Below are positions 16,864-28,000 of a DNA stretch of 28,908 nt, piece by piece (the stretch's first letter is position 1; each line of letters starts with the position of its first letter). The DNA lies in the IMG/VR virus record IMGVR_UViG_3300033067_000535, positions 1-28,908 of that record; one strand, 5' to 3'. The DNA comes from a virus (lineage: Duplodnaviria > Caudoviricetes). The notes beneath the pieces were generated by a model that saw only the letters and a list, made by a program, of their open reading frames with translations, had not been told where the DNA came from and made no database searches. Made by a program: the position numbers and the translations under genes.

Positions 16864-19800
16864 ATGTCTGATAATATAAGAATACGAACAACACCAAACG
16901 GAAATGACAAATATGTAAATTTAAAACTTGAACAGAAGTTTGATTTTATTGAGATTTTGTCGTTGAAGATTAGTCAGGACAAAGCATATGAAAATTTTTG
17001 TTCAGATTATGGGGTTATTGTTGGACGTGTGGTTGTTAATAATGGATTTGGTGTTCCAAATGCAAAGGTTTCGGTTTTTATACCGGTAACCGACGAAGAT
17101 AAATTAAACCCTGAAATATATGGATTATATCCATATGAAACAGTAAATGATAAAAACATTGATGGTATCAGGTATAATCTATTACCAAAAGAATCTGACA
17201 ATCAAAACGATTGTTATACACCTGTTGGTACATTTCCAGCAAAAAGAGAAATTCTCGATAACGACCAAATGCTTGATGTTTATTGTAAGTATTATAAATT
17301 TACTACTACAACAAATCATGCTGGTGATTTTATGATTTTTGGTGTACCACTAGGTACATATGTTGTTCACGTTGATGCTGATATATCAAACATTGGGATT
17401 ATATCGCAACGACCATATGATTTGATAGAACAAGGAACCCCAACAAAATTTTTTTATAGCCCAACAAAATTTAAAGCAGGAAAGAATTTAAATTCTTTGG
17501 TTCAGATTAAATCATTTAACTCAGCGGTAAACGTATTACCATTTTGGGGTAATAAAGATACGTGTGAAATAGGAATTAATAGATTAGACTTTGATTTAAA
17601 TTACAGTGTTAGACCATCAGCAATGTTTATGGGTAGTATTTTTGGTGATAGCACTAAAAATAGTGTAAACAAAAGATGTAGACCACGAAAAGACATCGGA
17701 AAATTATGTCAACAAGTTTCCAGAGAGGGAACAATTGAAATGATTCGAAAAACCGTTGATAATCAAATTGAACAGTTTGATGTCGAAGGTGGTCGTGTTA
17801 TAGATTCAGACGGAACGTGGGCATATCAAGTTCCAATGAACTTAGATTATGTCGTAACAGACGAATTTGGAAATCTGATACCATCAGACGATGAAAACAG
17901 AGGCATACCAACAAGAGCTAGGGTTAGATTTAGAGTTAGTATGGATGAAGGTGGTGGTTCTGGAAGGTTAAGAACCAGAGGTAAATATTTGATTCCCCAC
18001 AATCCAGATTCACTTGATGGTTTAGATTTTAATTTTGATAAAACGACAAAAGACGAAAGTTTTACAGACTTATATTGGAATAAGGTTTATACTGTTAAGA
18101 ATTTTATTTCTAGAACAGAAAAATCAGAGGCAAGAAATAAGACTAAAAACTATACTGGTATTAAAGATGTTGATGGATGTGTTGGAGACAAAACACCATT
18201 CCCATATAATAGAGTTTTTACTAAAAGTAATATTTTATTTACTATTATATGTTTTATTCTAACACTTATTGCTAGTATAGTATCAGCATTAAACGCTTTC
18301 CTTTGTTGGTTGAGAGGAATCAAGATAGCTGGGTGGAGACCATTCAAGAAAGTCAAACCAATACCAATGAAGTGTCCATCAGACCCAGAAACCGTATGGT
18401 ATCCGGGGTGTGGTAACACTGTTTCACAATATACCGACTGTGTATCAGCAGTATTAGCTGAGCAGCTTGGGTTATTTCAATTTGATTTTTATAATGATTG
18501 GGTTAACGGTAGTCTTTATTATTACCTATTAAAATATAAGAAAAAGAAAAGAGGGAAAGAAAAATTTTGTGAAACGAATTGTACAGATTATCAAGGCGGA
18601 ACAGGCCACAATCCATGTAGGTCAAATGAATTAGTTGACACAACAGTAACTGATGAAGATAACCATTTTTCACATAAGTTTAGAAATGGGCTTATGGTTA
18701 AATACGGTAAAACACTTTATTATCCACCAATTCTACTTGATGGTAGTAATATGAAATTATTTGCAACTGATGTTGTTAATTTAGGTGGCGTATTTGATTG
18801 TGATTGGCAAGGATTTCCAAAAATAGTTGAATATTTAACCAGCACATCATATAATATTCCCCCACTTATTCAGGAACTAGATGAAGAAGATAATTCCATA
18901 GTGACTGGTATGATAGAAATAGGAAACCTATATAAGGGATTATTTTTTGACATCAATTGTAGCGGAATTAGCTTTGATGGACGACAAGCAGCAAATATTA
19001 GAAGACAAAGTGAGCTTAATGTTGATAATCCTGAAACAGAAAATGGTGCACCACATGCTACCGTATCGATTCAGGAAATTTATGACCCAACAGACCAAAT
19101 TGATTCTGCAACTAGCATTAATAGGTATGTAAGAGATTCTTTTTACCTGTTAAATATCAATGGTTCTGATATTCAAACATTACCAATAAACAACCAATTA
19201 TTAACCCCATCACAAGGTACATCTTTTGAGTATGCTGGTAATACACAATCCGTAACGCATAATAATGGTGCGGCTTATAACGCTTTTAGAAACTACCATG
19301 TACAAAACGGAAATGCGCCAACAGATATGTCATTCCAGTCTTGGGGTAATTCATATTATATGTATTTTGGATTAATTCCGGGTAAAACAGCCCTTGATAA
19401 ACTCATTTCAAAATACTTCACTAATTGTATCAAAGAGGTTTCTGATGATTTTATCGTTGAAACAAGCGTAACAAATGTTACAACCGAAAACGGGTCTGAT
19501 GGAATAATTAATTTTACATTTATTGGAGGTACAGGCCCATTCACATATACATGGATTGGACCAAACTATAATTATGGGCCATATACAGCAACAACATCTG
19601 GCGTTATATCTAATCTTGAAATTGGTGATTATACAATAACCGCCACCGATGCACTTGGAACAACAGTAATTAAAGAGGTGTCTGTTGAGGGACCATTATC
19701 ATTAACTTGTGGTTTTTCAATAGCAAATAGTCCAACAACACAAACATCAAATGATGGTAAAGTTAATATAACACAATTATATGGCGGAATTCCACCATAT

Positions 19801-20691
19801 ACTTTGGTGGTAACAGGACCGAATACAAATGTAACATATAACAACGTATCAATCACCAATTCACCAATTGGAAACCTTGGTGTTGGACAATATATATTCA
19901 CAGTAAGTGATAGTTCTCAAACACCCCAAACTTGTTCACAAACATTAAACATGGTATCAGCATCAGCATTGGTTCTTGATTCACCAATAATTGTTCAGAA
20001 TATTAGTTGTGGTGGTGGTGATTGTGATGGTATCATTGACCCAAGAGTTTCTGGTGGTGTTCCACCATATATGGTATCCGTAATCGGGCCAAATGGTTAT
20101 TCAAATAGTGGTGTATACGGTAATGTTGTGTTTGACAGCTTGTGCGTTGGTGGGTATATCATAACCGTATCAGATAGCATTAATCAATCAGTAACAGGAA
20201 TTGTTACGTTGACACAATCTATTCAACCAACAATAAATGTTAATGGAATCAACAATAGAAAGCAATGTGACCCAACAAAATACACAGTTAAATTTAATAT
20301 AGTACAAGGTACGTTACCATCGCCATATACAATTAGATATTCTGTTGATGGCGTTGATTATACACAAACTGGAAACAATGGATTAAACACAATTGTAATA
20401 ACAGAAAACATTACAGATGAATTATTGATAGTTGTAGAGGATAGTGAAGGTTGTGAAAGTAATGAGCTGTCATATAGTTCTGCTGAGCTTCAAAAACCAA
20501 CACTAGCATTAACATTGGGTGGTACACGACTTAGCAATACTATTACGTATTCAGCAAGTGGAGGATTTTCACCGTATACATACACTCCGGTGAATGTTGG
20601 TCAGATTAATGTATATACAGCACCAAATGCAAATCCAGTAATTGGCATTGTAACAGATAACGTTGGATGTACAGCATCAAATTCATTTTAA
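16864..20691 (+). CDS. Large putative virion/baseplate protein with an N-terminal beta-sandwich (carboxypeptidase-regulatory-like), an internal hydrophobic helix and C-terminal SprB-like repeats
   Basis: GVPNAKVSVF...TTTNHAGDFMIFGVPLGTYVVHVD; hydrophobic segment at 18229-18312; repeated DG.I....GG..PYTY/W units from ~19468; about 26 Cys. Confidence 0.6.
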   Translation: MSDNIRIRTTPNGNDKYVNLKLEQKFDFIEILSLKISQDKAYENFCSDYGVIVGRVVVNNGFGVPNAKVSVFIPVTDEDKLNPEIYGLYPYETVNDKNIDGIRYNLLPKESDNQNDCYTPVGTFPAKREILDNDQMLDVYCKYYKFTTTTNHAGDFMIFGVPLGTYVVHVDADISNIGIISQRPYDLIEQGTPTKFFYSPTKFKAGKNLNSLVQIKSFNSAVNVLPFWGNKDTCEIGINRLDFDLNYSVRPSAMFMGSIFGDSTKNSVNKRCRPRKDIGKLCQQVSREGTIEMIRKTVDNQIEQFDVEGGRVIDSDGTWAYQVPMNLDYVVTDEFGNLIPSDDENRGIPTRARVRFRVSMDEGGGSGRLRTRGKYLIPHNPDSLDGLDFNFDKTTKDESFTDLYWNKVYTVKNFISRTEKSEARNKTKNYTGIKDVDGCVGDKTPFPYNRVFTKSNILFTIICFILTLIASIVSALNAFLCWLRGIKIAGWRPFKKVKPIPMKCPSDPETVWYPGCGNTVSQYTDCVSAVLAEQLGLFQFDFYNDWVNGSLYYYLLKYKKKKRGKEKFCETNCTDYQGGTGHNPCRSNELVDTTVTDEDNHFSHKFRNGLMVKYGKTLYYPPILLDGSNMKLFATDVVNLGGVFDCDWQGFPKIVEYLTSTSYNIPPLIQELDEEDNSIVTGMIEIGNLYKGLFFDINCSGISFDGRQAANIRRQSELNVDNPETENGAPHATVSIQEIYDPTDQIDSATSINRYVRDSFYLLNINGSDIQTLPINNQLLTPSQGTSFEYAGNTQSVTHNNGAAYNAFRNYHVQNGNAPTDMSFQSWGNSYYMYFGLIPGKTALDKLISKYFTNCIKEVSDDFIVETSVTNVTTENGSDGIINFTFIGGTGPFTYTWIGPNYNYGPYTATTSGVISNLEIGDYTITATDALGTTVIKEVSVEGPLSLTCGFSIANSPTTQTSNDGKVNITQLYGGIPPYTLVVTGPNTNVTYNNVSITNSPIGNLGVGQYIFTVSDSSQTPQTCSQTLNMVSASALVLDSPIIVQNISCGGGDCDGIIDPRVSGGVPPYMVSVIGPNGYSNSGVYGNVVFDSLCVGGYIITVSDSINQSVTGIVTLTQSIQPTINVNGINNRKQCDPTKYTVKFNIVQGTLPSPYTIRYSVDGVDYTQTGNNGLNTIVITENITDELLIVVEDSEGCESNELSYSSAELQKPTLALTLGGTRLSNTITYSASGGFSPYTYTPVNVGQINVYTAPNANPVIGIVTDNVGCTASNSF

Positions 20692-20693
20692 AT

Positions 20694-22391
20694 ATGGATA
20701 CTAGATTAAAACAAATATTAGGTGTAAATAAAACCAAGGAGTCGGTCAATACTGATACTTTTTTAAACATTCAGTTTAATGATAGTGAAAGATTATTACC
20801 CCCTGACAATATAAACACAGTTCTAGATTTAGGCAAACAGTTCAATACTGAAAGACAATCTTGTCCATATTATAGAATTGTTGGAAAGATAGTTCCACTT
20901 ATTAGCAATGTATTGTTTAATACTACGGGTGGTATTGATACTTGGCAGTATTTGAATAACCCAATCTTTACAACCAAATCCTTGGACGATGATGATAATG
21001 AAATACTTTCGTTTGGTGAGTCAATTAAAAGAAATTTAAAAGAAATAAACGGATGGTATGGTTATTTTGACCCAGTACTTACCGGTAGTGGATTATGTAA
21101 CTATTATGATATGGAACCAAAGAGAGAACGTTTTTCTTTTATACCAGATATTACAAATATACCAAATACTAGGGTTAAAAACTGGGAATTAACAATTACA
21201 TACCCATATATGAGTGATAAAACCCATAAGTTAATCTCAAATGGTTTATTGATTGTTGATAAACAATTGGCGATTGTTGGGGGTAAAGAAATGACGGCGT
21301 TAAGTGTTCCAGTGTTGCACAATTTAACGGTTGGTTCAACAATAGCTTTGTCTGGAACAAATATGGATGGTGAATATGAGATAAAACGTATTGGTTTGGA
21401 TTCAGGAGAATTAAAGAACTATTATTTTTGTATTGATGTTGACTATAATTTATTGGCAATAGGAAATAACTCAAGAATGAATAAAATGTATAATGGAATT
21501 AAATCTGAATATTATTTTAGAAAGTTTAAAAAAATAAAAACAAAGTCATCGGCAGTAATCGAAACAGATGATTATGAGGTTTATAAACTTGCATTTTCAG
21601 AAAATATATTTTCAGACGATGTTACACAGTTTACATTTAATGAAGACATAGATGTTGATGGGTTAACCGATAATTTGGGTAGGCCGCTAAGTGAATTATA
21701 CCTAACAATAGTTAAAACAAATAGTAATAATATTTTTGGTAATATATCATCTGGAATTGAGGTTCCGTTAATACAGGAATTGAATAATGGAAATACAAAC
21801 ACATATTTAAAAAATATTCCAGCGATTCAAAAAATTCACAATGTACCATCAGCGCCAACGCAAACATTTACGCCATTAGAATCAAATATTTTAATATCGG
21901 ACGACGACTTTTATGGTGATGTTGTTGAATATAATATAACAACCGTTCAAGAGACTGTGTTATCAGATGTTTTTCATAGATTCAATACTATTAATAGAGA
22001 AATGACATATAACGGTGAAATTTCAGGCCCAAGACCTGAGGGGTATTATTATAAAGCACATCAATTGATTAAAATTAGAGATTTTTCAAGTTATATTGAG
22101 GAGGGTAATGAATCAACAGCCGGAATGCCTGATTATAAAGTTAATTTAGGTGATGGTAGATTTCTATGGAGAGATTTATTGGATATCGGTAATGTGGATA
22201 TAAATAAAAATGTACTGAATTATCCCTTTGTAAATGGGTGTCATTATATGTATCAAAATTATTGTTTTGATATTAAAAGACAAGACCCGTTTGATAATTG
22301 GAATTTATATCATTCCGGTTTTCCAGCCGACCCAATTGGAAATATGATGAATAATAGATTTAAAGTAAATATAGCCAACAATGCTTGCTAA
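20694..22391 (+). CDS. Hypothetical structural protein (~565 aa)
   Basis: Within the baseplate operon. The ATG at 20694 (MDTRLKQ), 2 nt after the upstream stop, is more likely than the track's 20667 start. Confidence 0.7.
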   Translation: MDTRLKQILGVNKTKESVNTDTFLNIQFNDSERLLPPDNINTVLDLGKQFNTERQSCPYYRIVGKIVPLISNVLFNTTGGIDTWQYLNNPIFTTKSLDDDDNEILSFGESIKRNLKEINGWYGYFDPVLTGSGLCNYYDMEPKRERFSFIPDITNIPNTRVKNWELTITYPYMSDKTHKLISNGLLIVDKQLAIVGGKEMTALSVPVLHNLTVGSTIALSGTNMDGEYEIKRIGLDSGELKNYYFCIDVDYNLLAIGNNSRMNKMYNGIKSEYYFRKFKKIKTKSSAVIETDDYEVYKLAFSENIFSDDVTQFTFNEDIDVDGLTDNLGRPLSELYLTIVKTNSNNIFGNISSGIEVPLIQELNNGNTNTYLKNIPAIQKIHNVPSAPTQTFTPLESNILISDDDFYGDVVEYNITTVQETVLSDVFHRFNTINREMTYNGEISGPRPEGYYYKAHQLIKIRDFSSYIEEGNESTAGMPDYKVNLGDGRFLWRDLLDIGNVDINKNVLNYPFVNGCHYMYQNYCFDIKRQDPFDNWNLYHSGFPADPIGNMMNNRFKVNIANNAC

Positions 22392-23235
22392 TTATAAGAT
22401 AAATTTATCAACACTTGCATCTTCAGTCTCAGCAACAACCCTTGATATTCCAATTGAAATGGAATATCAAATTGTTGATAATGCTGAATTGGTTGAGCGT
22501 GTGTTTGTTGAAAAAGAAAAACAAAAAGCGGTAAACCCTATATTGGATTACGATAAGGTTAGGTATATTCCATTTCACGAGGCATCTGAGGTAATAAATG
22601 TAAGATATGAACTATCATTTTTAAATGAAACCGGTAATTTAGCAATTCCGACATATTATTCAACAATTGGTTTTGAGGATAGTGATATTAGAGTAAGAAA
22701 AAACACATTTAAAGAGAGTTATTTATATCTTGGGTTTTATGATAGTGATAATGCAATGACGCAAACGTTGATATCAGAGATTTCAATATATAGTCAACTA
22801 ACCAGAGACGATTTCTATCCTATTGGCGTTCCAAGACCAAATATTGCGGGTCAAGTTAAACCAGCGAGTCAAATACCACTTAGATTTATATTGTCTAGCC
22901 CACAATTAATTACGGGTGGAAATTATGAGGGTTACTATATTTATGGTTATAAAGATGACCTATCAATAAATTTACCAAAATTTCTTTATATGAAAGCGGG
23001 GTATTTTAATGGAAAAACGGGTAAATTTAGTAATTTAATGACGCACCCATCAGCAGATTGGATTGATGGGTTGGTAAATAAGCTACATACAAGATATAAA
23101 TTATATAGGACAACAACTGGGTTTTATTACGAAATAGACACACAGTATTCAAATAATGTAACATACACGGTAAACGCTGGATATCCAAATAGTTCAGATG
23201 TTTCGGTTAAACTATATCAAATACAGGCTTTATAA
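22381..23235 (+). CDS. Hypothetical structural protein (284 aa)
   Basis: Overlaps both neighbours, including a TAATG junction at 23233-23237. Operon context. Confidence 0.72.
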   Translation: MLANYKINLSTLASSVSATTLDIPIEMEYQIVDNAELVERVFVEKEKQKAVNPILDYDKVRYIPFHEASEVINVRYELSFLNETGNLAIPTYYSTIGFEDSDIRVRKNTFKESYLYLGFYDSDNAMTQTLISEISIYSQLTRDDFYPIGVPRPNIAGQVKPASQIPLRFILSSPQLITGGNYEGYYIYGYKDDLSINLPKFLYMKAGYFNGKTGKFSNLMTHPSADWIDGLVNKLHTRYKLYRTTTGFYYEIDTQYSNNVTYTVNAGYPNSSDVSVKLYQIQAL

Positions 23236-24053
23236 TGGAAATTATTAGAAGAAAAATATTGCTTGAGGATTGTATCGATAGGGATTACAATAGTCCAACA
23301 TATGGATTGATTAGTGCAACATCGTTTTGTATCAATATTATGTTAACACAAAATATTGATGATATTGGTCTATTCACAGACGTTGCCTTTGTACCAACTA
23401 ATAACCCAGTTGATTACACTATTTTAAGTGAAAAATTGTCAGCAAGTGGCTTTACATTTCCATTTATGAGTGGTATTTTTCCTGAACCAATTGAACTTGA
23501 CCAAAGCTATACACTTAGATTAACTAGTAAAACAGTTTTAGATTATTATGATGTTACAAACAATAGTTTAACAGCTAACACACAGTCCAGAGCTGAAGAA
23601 GTTAGGTCGTATAGCATAATCGACCCATTTAGGCTTAATTTTGACGTGGAAACAAACACGTATATAAACTTCTCTGGGGAAACAATCAATGGCGTTAATC
23701 GAGTTTCAGGGCTTGGTACGGCATTTACATATGTTTTTGGTGCTGATAAAAACGACCCAAACATTGGAATGAATGGTCAAAAAAATGGGTTAAGATATAT
23801 AGATTTTAGTGGTGGCCCAACAAATGTTGTATTCATTGGAGAGGGTTGGAACGAAACAAACACATCATTATCAGGTTTGACAAAAGAAGAGTATTTATTT
23901 GGAATAATTTCCAAACCAGAAGTTAAAAGTGATGTATTTATAGACAGAGGAATAACAACAATATTTGAGAAACACCTAAAATTGTCAGAAATAACAAATT
24001 TGGATGAGTTAAATAGATATGGTAGGGGTTATTATAACCTTACAAAAGAGTGA
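23235..24053 (+). CDS. Hypothetical structural protein (272 aa)
   Basis: Coupled start. The C-terminus looks conserved (TKEEYLFGIISKPEVKSDVFIDRG...YGRGYY). Confidence 0.72.
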   Translation: MEIIRRKILLEDCIDRDYNSPTYGLISATSFCINIMLTQNIDDIGLFTDVAFVPTNNPVDYTILSEKLSASGFTFPFMSGIFPEPIELDQSYTLRLTSKTVLDYYDVTNNSLTANTQSRAEEVRSYSIIDPFRLNFDVETNTYINFSGETINGVNRVSGLGTAFTYVFGADKNDPNIGMNGQKNGLRYIDFSGGPTNVVFIGEGWNETNTSLSGLTKEEYLFGIISKPEVKSDVFIDRGITTIFEKHLKLSEITNLDELNRYGRGYYNLTKE

Positions 24054-24080
24054 TAATCACTAATTTAAAAAGAAAATAAC

Positions 24081-24998
24081 ATGGCAACAGGGACATATGG
24101 AATAATTAGACCAGCAGATGTAACAGCGGATGATGTAGAAATATTCTACGCATATTCACCATCCAGAGATAAACAAAGTAGTGGATTGGTAAAAATCGAC
24201 AACCCAAACGATGTATTAATTAGAATGAACAATCCTAATAGATTGCAATCAGGTGTTAGCGGGTTTGAAATGTTTGGGGGTTTATACACGCTTAAGCTTC
24301 CTGTGTCTATTTTTTCAGCCAAAGGAATTTACACAATTGTCATCAAACCAATTGAAATAAGAACTAAAATTGTTGATGTTGGTGTGTTATCCGCTTTTCC
24401 AGACATTAAAGGTCTGTTATTTGATACAGCAACAATTCCGGTGAGTCTTTTAAATAGATTTGAAAACAATGGGTTAATAGGGTATAGGGTGGAATATCTA
24501 AATCCTACAGCATCAGATACCAAAATTAGTAATGTTTTTAGGGTTATAACATCTAATAACAGGGCTGAACCAGTTAATCAAAACTTAACAAACACCAATC
24601 AAAAGGCTATCAGATATAGGTTCAACGATAATTCAACACTAGTATTTTGTACAGTCTCCCCAAGTTCAGCATCCAACGTACAACCAAACGCTTTTCCGTT
24701 TATAGGTCAACCAAATCAAAATGTTATTATAACAAATACTTTTTTCAACCCTATTATGGTTGAGGTAGAAATGGTTGAACATGACGTTGAGACGTTAGCA
24801 TATGCATTGTTTGGAAACCAAACAAAATCTCTGGAAGATGGTATTTATACTGTTTATAATTTCAATAATCAAATTTATAAGCAATACGACTTGTATGAGA
24901 TTAAAGATAAATTTACGGGTAAACCATTGTTTGAGGTTAGAGAGCAAAGAAATAATATCGATTTTTCGAAGAATTTTAATAATATAATAACCGTTTAA
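24081..24998 (+). CDS. Hypothetical structural protein (305 aa)
   Basis: A-rich leader, beta-rich composition, operon context. Confidence 0.75.
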   Translation: MATGTYGIIRPADVTADDVEIFYAYSPSRDKQSSGLVKIDNPNDVLIRMNNPNRLQSGVSGFEMFGGLYTLKLPVSIFSAKGIYTIVIKPIEIRTKIVDVGVLSAFPDIKGLLFDTATIPVSLLNRFENNGLIGYRVEYLNPTASDTKISNVFRVITSNNRAEPVNQNLTNTNQKAIRYRFNDNSTLVFCTVSPSSASNVQPNAFPFIGQPNQNVIITNTFFNPIMVEVEMVEHDVETLAYALFGNQTKSLEDGIYTVYNFNNQIYKQYDLYEIKDKFTGKPLFEVREQRNNIDFSKNFNNIITV

Positions 24999-25000
24999 TA

Positions 25001-28000
25001 ATGGCTAATGATAGAATAAAGGTTGCTGGTTATGCTCAAAAAACACAATATAATGGTGGTGTTGAGTATAGAAATTTTAGCCCAGATTTGGTTGGTTTAC
25101 AACTAACAAGTGATGGTGGCACCCCACTATTTACTATGGGTAATTTTTCGGTTACAACTAACTTTGAACCGAAAAAAACAAAAAAGTTCATAACCAACAA
25201 TTTTTCAAACTTTATTTCTCTTACCGATTTAGATTTAACCCTTGAGGACTCAATATCATTGTTATCAAACAATGCTGGTGTTTTTCTTAATCTGGATAAA
25301 ACAAATTTAACAAACTATACTTTGTTTGGTTCGCTAACTGAATTTATGAGGGTTTCTCTTGAAGAAATTATCACGAATTGGCCAGCAGCGCTTTATGTAA
25401 ACCCAATCTATGCTATTGAACCATATTATATAACACAAACTGGGGCCACAATAGAGAACTACTCATATGATAGTATTACAAACACATCAATATTTAGGGT
25501 AAATACAAATTTAATAACAAATAAATATGAAATTAATTATTTAGCAAACGGAAACACCAACACACTAAATGATTTAAGAAACCTTCAGCAATATTATGAA
25601 CAATATTCAATATTATACAATGGAGGAGAATACGATGTCATAGGATTCACCGGTTCGACAGAGATATCAAACGATTATCTATATTTTACTGTTAATGGAA
25701 ATGTCTTTTCTGGATTAACGGCGAACGACTATCCAACATTTTATGTAAAACCAAATTCAACAAAGGTAAATACGTTTTTTAACGAGTTATCAGATTTTGA
25801 GGCTTATTTATTAAATCGTCAGGTTTATCCTCTTTATACTGCAACATTTAACTATGCGATTAAAACCGATAATGGTGGATTATTATATACAAGTGAAAAA
25901 GTAACATGGCCAACAACAGATGGGTATAACATAGATTTTGACACGGACGAATATTCAATATATGCAGGTAAGTTGTTGAATATGGCGACTAATTTTGATT
26001 TAACAACAAGTAACTTAGTTGTTAGATTTCTCGTTACTGAGTCTATAACAGATTTTGACACAACATCTGTTCATTTAGACCCACTAGACCAAGATGCTAC
26101 AGACCAAAAGGTAAATAAGACATTAACAATTTATGGTAGAGAATTCGATAACATCAATAGTTTTATTACGGGTATTAAATTTGCAAATGTTGTTTCATAT
26201 GATAAAAGCAATAACACACCTGATATATACCTTAAAAATATTGCCAGAGTATTGGGGTGGGATTTAATATCATCAGTTCTTGAAAACAATCTACTAAAAA
26301 GCTATTTAGAACCAAAAGAATCAACATTTAGCGGACAAACAGTTGGCCTAACGCCAATTGAGGCAGATATTGAATTATGGAGAAGAATTATCCTTAACAC
26401 TCCGTGGATTTGGAAATCAAAAGGTACCAGAAAAGCGATTGAGTTTTTATTTAAATTTATTGGAACACCCCTTGGGCTGATTTCATTTAATGAATACATA
26501 TATCTTGCCGAAAATAAAATTGATGTAGATATATTTAAACAAATTCTCGAATTAAACGGTAGACCAACAGAACTTTCAAGCTATCCAATAAGTATTAGTG
26601 GATATCCACAACCATTTGTCAATACACCAAACGTATATTTTCAAAGCAAGGGTCTTTGGTATAGAGAAACTGGCGGTGAGAGCGCAACCATTGATATAAC
26701 AAGCGGAAACAATCCACACGTTGGTCCATATGACGGCGGGTACACATATATCAATCAATTTAAAACATTGATTCCAGATTTTTCAGCGGTTACAATTAGT
26801 TCTGAGACCACTACTACAAATACTAGTAATTTGTTTAGTAATTATAATTCTGGGACTATGACAGGATATAGTGGTAGAACATATGTTGATATTACAAATA
26901 AATCTGGTGTCGATTTTAGTGATTGTTATATAGTAACATCAAAAATAATCGAGGACCCAAAACATCGTAAGGAAGAAACAGATTGTGGTTGTCAAGGACC
27001 AAACACACTTAACTCATTGAGTGTTTGTGTTGAAAAACGAGGAGTTAAAATTAATGATTGTAATAGTGAAATAGCTGACGTATCAATAGTTGAACCAGAA
27101 AACTATTATGTGTTTAACTATTATCAATACAATATTGATGGTACAATTTATTCAATAAATGGCGTTCCAGTCTATTATTCTTCAATGTTTGTGGATAAGG
27201 CTTGTTGTAATTTTAGAGGTGCTATACCATATTATTATAACCAAGTAGATACCAATACCAGACTGATAAACAGTGGTTATATTTGTTGTTATGCTACAAA
27301 TACTTGTGGTTGTCTTGTAACATGTAAATGGAATTTATCTAAATCAAGATGGGTTGAAATTCCGATTGGTGGAAATAAATATTTAAATTTCGTAGATGAA
27401 CTTGGTGAAAGAAGAGTTGTATCTAAGGATGGGTGTAACTGTATTAAAGACTATACAATACCAGTAAGCGTAATTGACCCATATACAAATGAAACAGGTT
27501 TTGGGTGTCAATTAACAAACTTAGGTTGGACAGATATAAACCTACAAGATTCTGTGATAGTTAGAACATATAATGAAAGAGTTGCCGGAACAATTGGTTG
27601 TTCTGATATTTCTATTGAAACAAAACCAAAGATTAAAACATTTGCTGTTATATTGAACGATAGGGGTATGATAGGTCATAGAACAAATAACCTTATGTAC
27701 AGAGATTTAACAACCACAACAATATTAGGAAATTTTGCAAACACAAATATTCCATTAAGTGGTTCTCCAGTCGGTTATTTAACAGGGTTTGATTATAACC
27801 AAAATGTGACGCCAAACGCAAATGATACGGTAAGAATGGAGATTATGAGCGGATTTGAATTACCATCAGACATCAAGTTTGACCCAGCATTAGGTCATAG
27901 AATGTGGTACTTAGAAAGTAATTTTGAATATACAAATGAAACATTTGCGTCTAAGATACCATATATGACACAAATATCACCAATTACTCTTGATAATAAC

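Noticed and set aside
20667-20693. Track start (MYSIKFILN) of the 574-aa ORF
   Set aside because: It overlaps the upstream gene by 25 nt; the ATG at 20694 just after the stop fits the operon's coupling pattern better.
1483-26758. Numerous 60-95 aa alternative-frame and antisense ORFs in the track
   Set aside because: They lie within or overlap long, motif-bearing + strand genes and show no recognisable motifs.
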